Of a stretch of 64,000 bases of DNA, positions 8,436-16,363 are shown piece by piece. The stretch is taken from contig CAWHDP010000002.1 of assembly GCA_963828125.1 (NCBI GenBank), positions 384,001 through 448,000 of the forward strand, written 5' to 3'. The DNA comes from an uncultured Chlamydiae bacterium. Its GTDB lineage: Bacteria > Chlamydiota > Chlamydiia > Chlamydiales > SM23-39. Position 1 is the first letter of the stretch. Each line of letters opens with the position of its first letter. A program made the position numbers and the translations under genes. Under the pieces are notes generated by a model. It had not been told where the DNA came from, made no database searches, and worked only from the letters and a program-made list of their open reading frames with translations.

Positions 8436-9971
8436 ATGAAGACTGAAGGCTTCGGTAGGTGGAGATCGTTTTTTTGGCCCATACACCGCGCCGAGCTGAA
8501 AAAATTCCTTCCGATGTTCTTCATTTTCTTCTTGATAGCCTTTAACTACAACATTCTCCGCTCCTATAAAGACTCGATCGTCGTCACCGCCTCTGATTCT
8601 GGCGCTGAGACGCTCCCCTTTATCAAACTCTGGGCGGTTCTCCCAAGCGCTCTCCTTTTCACCTATCTTTTTACCCGCCTATCGAATTGGTATAGTAGAG
8701 AGAAGCTCTTTTATGTTGTCTTTTCGATCTTTCTTGTTTTTTTTCTCCTTTTTGCTTTCGTCCTCTATCCGTGCCGCAGTTGGCTCCATCCCCATGGTTT
8801 GGCGAACCAGCTCCAACAGATTCTCCCCATCGGATTTAAAGGATTTATTGCCATTTTTCGCAATTGGACCTTCACCCTCTTTTACGTGATGGCAGAACTC
8901 TGGTCGACAGCGATTTTCAGCGTCCTTTTTTGGAGCTTTGCGAACGAAATCACCTCAGTTCAAGAGGCGCGCCGCTACTACGGCCTCATCACATTTGGCG
9001 GAAGCCTGGCCGGCATGTTGTCCGGCTGCACTGCCATCTATTTTTCAAGGAATGTCTATATTCCTTGGCTTCCCTACGGCGACAATGCATGGGATCAGTC
9101 TATTTTTTTTCTGATCTCTGCCCTCGTTGTCTCTGGCCTTGCCACAATGGCTCTCTTCCGCTGGCTCACCGTCTGGGTCATCTCTCCCGCTGAAAAGGAG
9201 GCTCCGCCCAAAGAAAAAATTCAGATGTCGATGCGAGCCAATTTTGCTTACCTTGCCCGCTCGAAGTATCTCCTATACATCGCCTTGATTGTCTTCGCCT
9301 ACAATATAGCCATGAATCTCGTTGAGATTGTTTGGAAAGATCAAATTAGGGCTCTCTACCCCGACCCAGGCGACTACAATCATTACATGGGTCAGGTGAT
9401 TTTTGTGATGGCGATCATAGCGAGTCTGACTGGACTCATGACGACCACCAAAGTGATCCAGAGGTATTCTTGGACCGCCTCAGCCCTAATCTCTCCCGTG
9501 ATCGTCGGCATAACGGGGATTATTTTTTTCCATTTTATTTTTTTCCCGAATCAAGGGATGTCCTGGGTTCTCGGATTCTTGCACATGTCCTCGCCGCTGG
9601 CCCTTTCGGTCGCTCTTGGATCGGCGCAGAACTGTCTCAGCAGAGCCTCCAAATATACGTTCTTCGACGCCACCAAAGAGATCGCCTTTATCCCCCTTAG
9701 CTCCGAATCAAAACTCAAAGGCAAGGCCGCCATCGACGGCGTGGGTTCCCGCCTTGGCAAATCGGGCGGCTCAGTGATCTATCAAGGGCTGATTATCTTG
9801 TTTTCATCGGTGGCCGGAAGCATCCCCTGGGTGGCCGCCCTTTTCCTCGCGGTCATTTTAATTTGGGTATTGGCCGTAGTAGCCCTCGGCAAACGGTTTG
9901 ATCAACTTGTCCCAAAGGCGCCCAAACCGAAAGAGCCGATGACCCCCGCCGAAAAGTTAACAGTTCTATAG
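8436..9971 (+). CDS. NTT/TLC-family nucleotide transporter (Npt1/Npt2-like ATP/ADP translocase family)
   Basis: WPIHRAELKKFLPM, YVMAELWS, FWSFANEIT, SKYTFFDATKEIAFIPL, KGKAAIDGVGSRLGKSGGS. Confidence 0.93.
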   Translation: MKTEGFGRWRSFFWPIHRAELKKFLPMFFIFFLIAFNYNILRSYKDSIVVTASDSGAETLPFIKLWAVLPSALLFTYLFTRLSNWYSREKLFYVVFSIFLVFFLLFAFVLYPCRSWLHPHGLANQLQQILPIGFKGFIAIFRNWTFTLFYVMAELWSTAIFSVLFWSFANEITSVQEARRYYGLITFGGSLAGMLSGCTAIYFSRNVYIPWLPYGDNAWDQSIFFLISALVVSGLATMALFRWLTVWVISPAEKEAPPKEKIQMSMRANFAYLARSKYLLYIALIVFAYNIAMNLVEIVWKDQIRALYPDPGDYNHYMGQVIFVMAIIASLTGLMTTTKVIQRYSWTASALISPVIVGITGIIFFHFIFFPNQGMSWVLGFLHMSSPLALSVALGSAQNCLSRASKYTFFDATKEIAFIPLSSESKLKGKAAIDGVGSRLGKSGGSVIYQGLIILFSSVAGSIPWVAALFLAVILIWVLAVVALGKRFDQLVPKAPKPKEPMTPAEKLTVL

Positions 9972-11195
9972 TTGTACAGGAACGCCCTCCTTCTTGCGGA
10001 AAAGGATGGCCACAACAGCGATCCATCCGATGAAAAAGCCGATCGATACATAGCTCGTGATTTTCAGAAGAGATCCTCCGAGAGTAAACTGCAAAGCAAG
10101 CAGCCCCACTGAAATGAGAGCTTTAGAGGTTCGGTAAGCAAAGACGTCGATGATCGCCTTCGAACGGAATTTGGCGTCGAGCGGCAGTGGGATATAGAGC
10201 ATCTCGCGGATCACCCCGAACAGGGAGAAATCGACCGCTTTGAGAAGAACGTAGGAAAAAGAGAGAACGTGAAAGGTCGGGAAGGCGATCGAAAAGAGGG
10301 CCGATGAGCAGAGGAGAATCGGAACCGCGAAATGACTTCTTCGGAGACCGAGAGTCTGAATCATGAGGAACCCAGCGAGAAATTGTAGACATAAGCTCGA
10401 CGCATTGACAAGCCCCATGAGCTTGCCGCAATAGGCGGTGCGGAGATCTTTTTCCAAAATATTCAATTCTAAATGAGCGTTGAACTGGTATTCCATCAAA
10501 CCGACCGACACCTGCATAAAGATCACTAGAAAAAGAACTGTGGTCAGAATGGGCGAGCGGCGAATCAGCGAAAAGGCTTCGCTCGGACGGGGATTGAGTG
10601 TGAGATCGGTGGAAAAAGTTTTTTCAGAAAGCTGCGAGCGTTTCAGGGCCATCGTATAAGAAAACAGGAGGAGAAGATAGACCGGTATGGTCATGAAAAG
10701 GATCTTTTCCGAGCCAAAAAATTCAGCAAAAAATCCAGGAATTACGCTGCCAAGAACCGATCCAATCATCCCCACCCCGTAGATTGTGCCGTAGAGGTAT
10801 TTCGCTCCCGAGGCGGGGATCGTGCTGTGGATCATCGACCAAAGTTGCTTGAGCATGAGCAGGATGTAAATATCTTTCCAAGCGTATTGAAAAAAGATGA
10901 GAAACGGCGCGTTGAAGTAGAAGCAGCCAGACAACGCATTGATAGCGGCTGTGGCCGCGGCAAAGATCCAGAGGATCCGGAGCGGACCTAATTTAGGCAA
11001 AAACCGATTGTAGAGATAAATAACCCCCAAATTGAGGGGAACTGTCGCAAGCCAAACCCAAGGATACCCCTTTGAGGAAAAAACGGTGAGAAAGAGGGCG
11101 TTGCTCGTCGGGCGGGTGATCGCGTATTCACCGCAAATGGCAAACGCTGAGAGCATTGAGAAAAAGATAAAGAGCTTTTCCCTCTTGATTGCCAC
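9966..11195 (-). CDS. Divergent NTT-like MFS transporter
   Basis: About 12 TM segments; REMLYIPLP...KFRSKAIIDVFAYR matches the NTT C-terminal motif; GTG start overlaps the HD gene stop. Confidence 0.75.
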   Translation of the reverse strand: MAIKREKLFIFFSMLSAFAICGEYAITRPTSNALFLTVFSSKGYPWVWLATVPLNLGVIYLYNRFLPKLGPLRILWIFAAATAAINALSGCFYFNAPFLIFFQYAWKDIYILLMLKQLWSMIHSTIPASGAKYLYGTIYGVGMIGSVLGSVIPGFFAEFFGSEKILFMTIPVYLLLLFSYTMALKRSQLSEKTFSTDLTLNPRPSEAFSLIRRSPILTTVLFLVIFMQVSVGLMEYQFNAHLELNILEKDLRTAYCGKLMGLVNASSLCLQFLAGFLMIQTLGLRRSHFAVPILLCSSALFSIAFPTFHVLSFSYVLLKAVDFSLFGVIREMLYIPLPLDAKFRSKAIIDVFAYRTSKALISVGLLALQFTLGGSLLKITSYVSIGFFIGWIAVVAILFRKKEGVPVQL

Positions 11196-12499
11196 TAGCT
11201 GCTCTCAAGGAAGCGGATGAGTTCTAGATCGGATTCGGGAGAGATGTAGACCCAATTATCCTTTTTAGACGGCACTTTCAGAAGAAGATCGGAACAATCC
11301 CGCGCCTTTTGGATCATAAAATGGCGGCGCGACACGGGAAAACAGAGCCGATCTGGGGGCGGGGGCTCGTTTTTATGGAATTCCCAATCGATTTCCGAAT
11401 CCCCGAACCCCTTCTCTTTTTTGAATTTCTGCAGATCCTGAGGCGTAATGTGATCGGGTAAGGCGATGGCCCTAAAGCGGTGCTTTCGAAAAATCACACA
11501 TTTCGCATCGGAATGGCCAGCCAGTTGGGGGTCTTTAGCCGCTTTATTGAGCGCGGAGATGACATCGGTGTCGCTCAAAGACAAAAAGTCGTCAACGCTC
11601 TCGATTTTTTTCGCATAATTAGCAACCATGTATCTGCGGAGGTGGAAATTATAGGCCTTGACAGAAGAATATTGGTAGATCCTCCGGTGCATAAAATGGC
11701 GGGCCAGGAGGAGCGCCTCGCTCGACTCGAGCCCTTTTTCATCGATCCCCAACTGGAGCTCATCGGCTCCCCGATCCACACTTGGCAAAATGCGGAGACT
11801 TTCGATCAGCTGATGATAATCGAAAAGTCCGTAAGCGACCCCCGTACTCTGAGCGTCCCGAATCAGATAGTCGATCCGATCGGCCCCAAAAAAATCTCCG
11901 GTGATCACCTCGGATACGATCCTCTCCCAAGAGCTAAATCCTTGGCCGCCCGCCTCCTTCCATCGCCGTTCGCCGACCGAGATCTTCTTGATGTCTTCAA
12001 CCACACTCCTCTCTACCAATTCCTCCATGCAGTTAGGGCACTGCCGGAGTTTCTCCCAAATAGGGGCCATATAAGCGCTATCGATCACTTTGAGAGTCCA
12101 CTGCTCATGACCGGAAGCGCCAAGCAGATCTTTTTCGGCCACATGAGAAAAGGGTAAATGACCCAGATCATGGCAAAGGGCCGCCATTCTAATGACCCTT
12201 CGCCAATACAAAAAATCGGCAGAGCCTTTCCTCGGGACAAAGTGGAATACGTCAGGCCGCACCGACCTACAGATCATTTCGAACATGAGGGTTGCGAGCG
12301 ACATGACGCCGAGAGAGTGCTCAAAACGGGTGTGGGTAGCGCCTGGATAGACGAGATAGGCGATCCCCAGCTGGTGAATGTAGTGGAGCCGCTGAAAAGG
12401 GAGCGAATCGATCAACGCTGTTTCGTATCCATCAAAAGAGATGAAGCCATGTACAGGGTCATAAACTTTTTTTTCCCCGTCAAAAAAATCTTTTGTCAT
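11195..12499 (-). CDS. HD-domain phosphohydrolase, SAMHD1/dNTP triphosphohydrolase-like
   Basis: DPVHG, FQRLHYIHQLG, YPGATHTRFEHSLG, ALCHDLGHLPFSH, ADRIDYLIRD. Start at 12499 with a GAGGGG RBS. Confidence 0.88.
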   Translation of the reverse strand: MTKDFFDGEKKVYDPVHGFISFDGYETALIDSLPFQRLHYIHQLGIAYLVYPGATHTRFEHSLGVMSLATLMFEMICRSVRPDVFHFVPRKGSADFLYWRRVIRMAALCHDLGHLPFSHVAEKDLLGASGHEQWTLKVIDSAYMAPIWEKLRQCPNCMEELVERSVVEDIKKISVGERRWKEAGGQGFSSWERIVSEVITGDFFGADRIDYLIRDAQSTGVAYGLFDYHQLIESLRILPSVDRGADELQLGIDEKGLESSEALLLARHFMHRRIYQYSSVKAYNFHLRRYMVANYAKKIESVDDFLSLSDTDVISALNKAAKDPQLAGHSDAKCVIFRKHRFRAIALPDHITPQDLQKFKKEKGFGDSEIDWEFHKNEPPPPDRLCFPVSRRHFMIQKARDCSDLLLKVPSKKDNWVYISPESDLELIRFLESS

Positions 12500-12547
12500 A
12501 ACCCCTCGTTTGACGATGATTATCGCCCAAAGGACCATTCTGGGCAA

Positions 12548-13558
12548 TCAATCGGGCCTTGGCTTACTTTCGTGGATATAGGAAGCGCTCACCTGAACAA
12601 ACTCGGCCTTTCTTTGTAATTCTTTGAGATTTCGGGCGCCCCCATAGGTCATACCACTCCGGATACCCCCTAAAAGATTTGCAATGAGCTGTTCAGCAGA
12701 GCCTGAGACAGGCCCCCAGAAATCGATCCCCTCAGCCACAGTCTTTGCTTTGAGTCCCCCATAAAATTCATTTTGGAAGTCAGCCGACGCCTGGCCGCGG
12801 AACTTCGCCTCCAATCCTGATGGGTAAAGGTCTGATTTCCGCTTTGGAGCCGCCGATTCTGCAGTCTGGCTGAAGAGTTTACCCACCATCACGGTGCTAG
12901 CGCCTGCAGCCAGAGCCAAGACGACGTCGCGGCTTGTCCGAATTCCCCCATCTGCAATGAGTGGGACTCGGAGCTTTTCAGCGATTCGGGCACAATCTTG
13001 AACGGCGGTAAATTGGGGAATTCCAAAGCCAGTCACCATCCGTGTCGTGCATGCGGCTCCAGGACCCACCCCCACCTTGACCGCATCGGCCCCTGCATTG
13101 ACTAAGTCGTGATAGGCCATAGCGGTGCAGACGTTGCCGGCGATGATCTCTTTATCGGGGTGGGTTTTTTTCAGCTCTTCAATATGTTTAAACATCCGGT
13201 CAGAGTGCCCATGCGCCACATCGATGCAAACTCCCAGCGCGCCTAGATCGAGGAGTCTCCTCGTATCATCCAGTTTGAGGATGCCGCAGGAAACAAAGGT
13301 TTTACCTTTGAATTTTTTCACCCATTTTTCCTGCTCCTCGATCGGAGTGAACCGGTGGAAGATCGGAATGGAGCCCTCAGCGATCAAGATCTCAGCCAGT
13401 TCCTCGCTGATGACCGTATCCATATTCGCCGCAAGTAACGGAATCGCTACTTTCAAATTTTTCGTCATCCAGCTCTCTAAAGAGGGCTCCGTCCTTGAGG
13501 GGATATTGTTAAATTGGGGCACCAAGGCCACATCGTCATAAGTAAAAGCATGTCGCAT
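12548..13558 (-). CDS. IMPDH/GMP reductase family enzyme lacking CBS domains (probably GMP reductase-like)
   Basis: [40 protein letters not shown]; the flap lacks the IMPDH Arg-Tyr dyad. Confidence 0.85.
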   Translation of the reverse strand: MRHAFTYDDVALVPQFNNIPSRTEPSLESWMTKNLKVAIPLLAANMDTVISEELAEILIAEGSIPIFHRFTPIEEQEKWVKKFKGKTFVSCGILKLDDTRRLLDLGALGVCIDVAHGHSDRMFKHIEELKKTHPDKEIIAGNVCTAMAYHDLVNAGADAVKVGVGPGAACTTRMVTGFGIPQFTAVQDCARIAEKLRVPLIADGGIRTSRDVVLALAAGASTVMVGKLFSQTAESAAPKRKSDLYPSGLEAKFRGQASADFQNEFYGGLKAKTVAEGIDFWGPVSGSAEQLIANLLGGIRSGMTYGGARNLKELQRKAEFVQVSASYIHESKPRPD

Positions 13559-13604
13559 ACGACCATGCTATGCGAAATTCCCCCTTTTCCGCTATCCTTT
13601 TGGC

Positions 13605-14369
13605 ATGATCTCCGTATGTATTCTCACCAAAAATTCGGCCTCCACTCTCCAGGCAACCCTCGAATCGGTTCGCCCGTTTTCTGAGATCATTATCCTCGAC
13701 AATGGATCGACCGACGAAACGAGGAGTATCGCCGAAAACTGTCCGAATGTCCGGTGGTTCGAATCGCCCTTCATCGGATTCGGCCCGCTCCGCAACAAGG
13801 CGGCAGCCCTTGCAACTCATGATTGGATTTTAGCGCTCGACAGCGATGAAATCGCCTCCCCTTCTCTCATCAAAGAACTGGCCAACATCTCCCTTGATCC
13901 TCAGTGCGTCTACTTTCTCCCTCGTCATAATTTTTACCGTGGAAAACGGATCCGGGGATGTGGCTGGGATCGGGAACAAGTGGGCAGGCTCTATCACCGT
14001 CCAGCGATCTGCTACTCAAACGATCTTGTCCACGAATCGCTCCCCGCCCATAAAAAGACCCTCCTCAAATCCCCCCTCCTCCACACCCCATACCGGACAA
14101 CGGCCGACTTCCTTTTAAAAATGGAGCGCTACTCAACCCTTTTTGCCGAACAGAACCGAGGCCGCAAAACGTCGTCCTTCACCAAAGCCCTGATGCACGC
14201 GCTGTTTGCTTTTTGCCGCAGCTACTTGATCCAGAGGGGCCTCTTTTGCGGCGCTGAAGGATTCATCATCTCCGCCTACAATGCCAACACCACTTTTTAT
14301 AAGTACTTAAAATTAGCCGAATGCAATTTATTTTTTGATCAGAGAAAAAAAAGAACGGGAAAGGGCTAG
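13605..14369 (+). CDS. GT2 glycosyltransferase (WaaE/KdtX-like LPS glucosyltransferase)
   Basis: ISVCILTKN, LDNGSTDET, GFGPLRN, WILALDSDE, VHE. Confidence 0.85.
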   Translation: MISVCILTKNSASTLQATLESVRPFSEIIILDNGSTDETRSIAENCPNVRWFESPFIGFGPLRNKAAALATHDWILALDSDEIASPSLIKELANISLDPQCVYFLPRHNFYRGKRIRGCGWDREQVGRLYHRPAICYSNDLVHESLPAHKKTLLKSPLLHTPYRTTADFLLKMERYSTLFAEQNRGRKTSSFTKALMHALFAFCRSYLIQRGLFCGAEGFIISAYNANTTFYKYLKLAECNLFFDQRKKRTGKG

Positions 14370-14428
14370 AAGGCTTGAAAAAGCTCAGAAAAACTCTTCA
14401 GAACCTAATCCTTAAAGGATAAGCTTAA

Positions 14429-14770
14429 ATGTTAAAACAAGAAATCAAAGAAAAAATTACTCAAAAGTCCATCTCTTTAGAAGGATATGGCATTAATGAT
14501 CTAGGTTGGAATAAAGAAGATGCCAAAAGGCTCATTAATGAGATTATGAAAGACAAAATCGGTATTCTGGGGGGAGATGTTTATAAACTGACATCCACGC
14601 GCCTAGAACCTCTTTCCGATAATTGGTCGTGCGAACCAAGAGAGGAAGAATCAGAAGAAGACTACTATGCCCGAAGCAAGTCTGAATCTTTAAAGTATAT
14701 TGACAATTATCCAGTGGAACCAGGGGAAAAAGTTATATTTTCAATAACTTTTACAGAAAGAATCGAATAG
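14429..14770 (+). CDS. Imm40-like polymorphic-toxin immunity protein (orphan)
   Basis: LGW...ILGGDVY...DNW signature; AT-rich. Confidence 0.65.
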   Translation: MLKQEIKEKITQKSISLEGYGINDLGWNKEDAKRLINEIMKDKIGILGGDVYKLTSTRLEPLSDNWSCEPREEESEEDYYARSKSESLKYIDNYPVEPGEKVIFSITFTERIE

Positions 14771-14926
14771 TTATGCAATGGCATGCTAATTCCGAGTCTC
14801 TTCAACCTTTGTTTTATAAAAAGGACTTGGCATAGTTTGGCTGGTATTGTAGGATCTTCTGACAAATGTTCTGACACAAAGGAGGGAAAAAGGCTTTGTC
14901 CAAGCACAAAGGCTTGAATTTGAAAG

Positions 14927-15000
14927 TGACGGTAGCCGGATTCGAACCAGCGACACGTGGATTATGATTCCACTGCTCTAACCAACTGAGCTATACCGCC
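14927..15000 (-). tRNA. tRNA-Met (CAT), elongator type
   Basis: Cloverleaf GGCGGTA...GTGGA-ATCATAA-TCCAC...GGTTCGAATCC...TACCGTCA. Ile2 cannot be fully excluded by eye. Confidence 0.9.
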
Positions 15001-15048
15001 AAATGATTTTCTAAATCGCCAGCCGCACGGCCTTCCGTTTTGATAAAT

Positions 15049-15121
15049 TAGCGGGGGTAGGACTCGAACCTACGGCCTTTGGGTTATGAGCCCAACGAGC
15101 TAACCACTGCTCCACCCCGCG
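15049..15121 (-). tRNA. tRNA-fMet (CAT), initiator
   Basis: CGCGGGG acceptor with a 1:72 mismatch; three consecutive G:C pairs in the anticodon stem (TTGGG-CTCATAA-CCCAA). Confidence 0.95.
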
Positions 15122-15139
15122 TCATGAGAAAGGATGAGC

Positions 15140-16363
15140 TTAACACGCAGACGTATTTTTCGCAAAACCTTTTTTCTGAAGGAGTATTTCCATCGTCCGG
15201 AATGTAGCGCCGCGCGCCTCTTCCAGAGCGGTGTGCGTAGAGCGTCTCATCGTCTCTTCACGGCTCTTGTCGGAAAAAAAGGCGACGACGGCTCCGCGGA
15301 TCTCTGCAAGAGAGACTTGGATCCCTACTCCTGCATCAATCGCCCGTTTTGCAAATTCGGTTTGGGCATGCATGTAGGGGCCGAAGAGGACGGGAGTGCC
15401 ATACAGGCAGGGCTCGAGGACGTTGTGTCCGCCGATGCGATCGACAAAACTCCCCCCTAAAATCGCGAGTCTGCTGTGAGCGTAGCAGGAAGGGAGCTGG
15501 CCCATGGCGTCGACCAATAGAACCTTCTTTCCCCTTTCGGGAGCGCCCCAGCGAGCAAAGGGGATCTTCTTCTTCGTTAACATTTCAGCTACATCGTTAA
15601 ACCTCTCTGGATGGCGGGGGGCAAGGATAAAAAACCACTCTCCGTCTTTTAGCGCGTCAAGGAGAAGTTCTTCTTCCGGGGCATGGGTGCAGCTAATGGT
15701 GATGGCGGGGTCGGGGATGTCGAGAATGTGGGTGATGGGCTCCGATATCAAATCGAGTTTGAGGTTGCCGGTCACATGGATCTGGCCTGGGGCGGCGAAG
15801 GGCAAAAACCGGTCTCTGTGTTCGGTATTTTGGACGCAAATGGAGTCGAAGTGGGCAAAGAGTTTTCTAGCAAAGCGGGGAAAAATTCCAAATCTACGGG
15901 CCGATCTTTCGGAAAGCTTGCCGCTCACTAGGGAAATTTGGGTCCCGTTTTTTCTCAGTGCAGAGAGGAGATTCCACCAAAAATCGCTTTCGATGAGGAT
16001 AAAACGGCGGGGATTCAATTGCTTGACCCACCGTTTGACAATCCAGGAGAAGTCGATCGGGAGATAGGCGAAGGCGTCGGCTTCAGGGAGAGAACGTTTG
16101 GCCTCCGCTTGGCCAGTGGCTGATGTGGTGGTGATCAGGAAAAAGACCCCGCTCTCTTTTTGCTTGAGGGCGCGGAAAAGGGTCTGGGCCGATTTCACCT
16201 CGCCGACAGAGACGGCGTGGATCCAAATGACAGGACGGTCTGCTTTTGGAATGATCCAGCCGCACCGCTGCAAAAACCCAGGGTGCCGTTTCCCTTTTAA
16301 TAAACGGTCTAACAACAGTTTCGGGGCGATGATAAAAAGGTACAGAAAAACGAGAACATTCAC
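15140..16363 (-). CDS. waaA: Kdo transferase
   Basis: IWIHAVSVGEV, YLPIDF, GNLKLD, APRHPERF, GGHNVLEP. Confidence 0.95.
   Translation of the reverse strand: MNVLVFLYLFIIAPKLLLDRLLKGKRHPGFLQRCGWIIPKADRPVIWIHAVSVGEVKSAQTLFRALKQKESGVFFLITTTSATGQAEAKRSLPEADAFAYLPIDFSWIVKRWVKQLNPRRFILIESDFWWNLLSALRKNGTQISLVSGKLSERSARRFGIFPRFARKLFAHFDSICVQNTEHRDRFLPFAAPGQIHVTGNLKLDLISEPITHILDIPDPAITISCTHAPEEELLLDALKDGEWFFILAPRHPERFNDVAEMLTKKKIPFARWGAPERGKKVLLVDAMGQLPSCYAHSRLAILGGSFVDRIGGHNVLEPCLYGTPVLFGPYMHAQTEFAKRAIDAGVGIQVSLAEIRGAVVAFFSDKSREETMRRSTHTALEEARGATFRTMEILLQKKGFAKNTSAC

Noticed and set aside
11480..12619. Long antisense ORFs (also 19365-19925, 24980-25558, 44744-45343, 46442-47074)
   Set aside because: They are shadow frames opposite well-supported genes and have no recognisable motifs
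14370..15121. tRNA-anchored prophage or genomic island
   Set aside because: No integrase and no duplicated tRNA 3' end seen; only one small foreign gene
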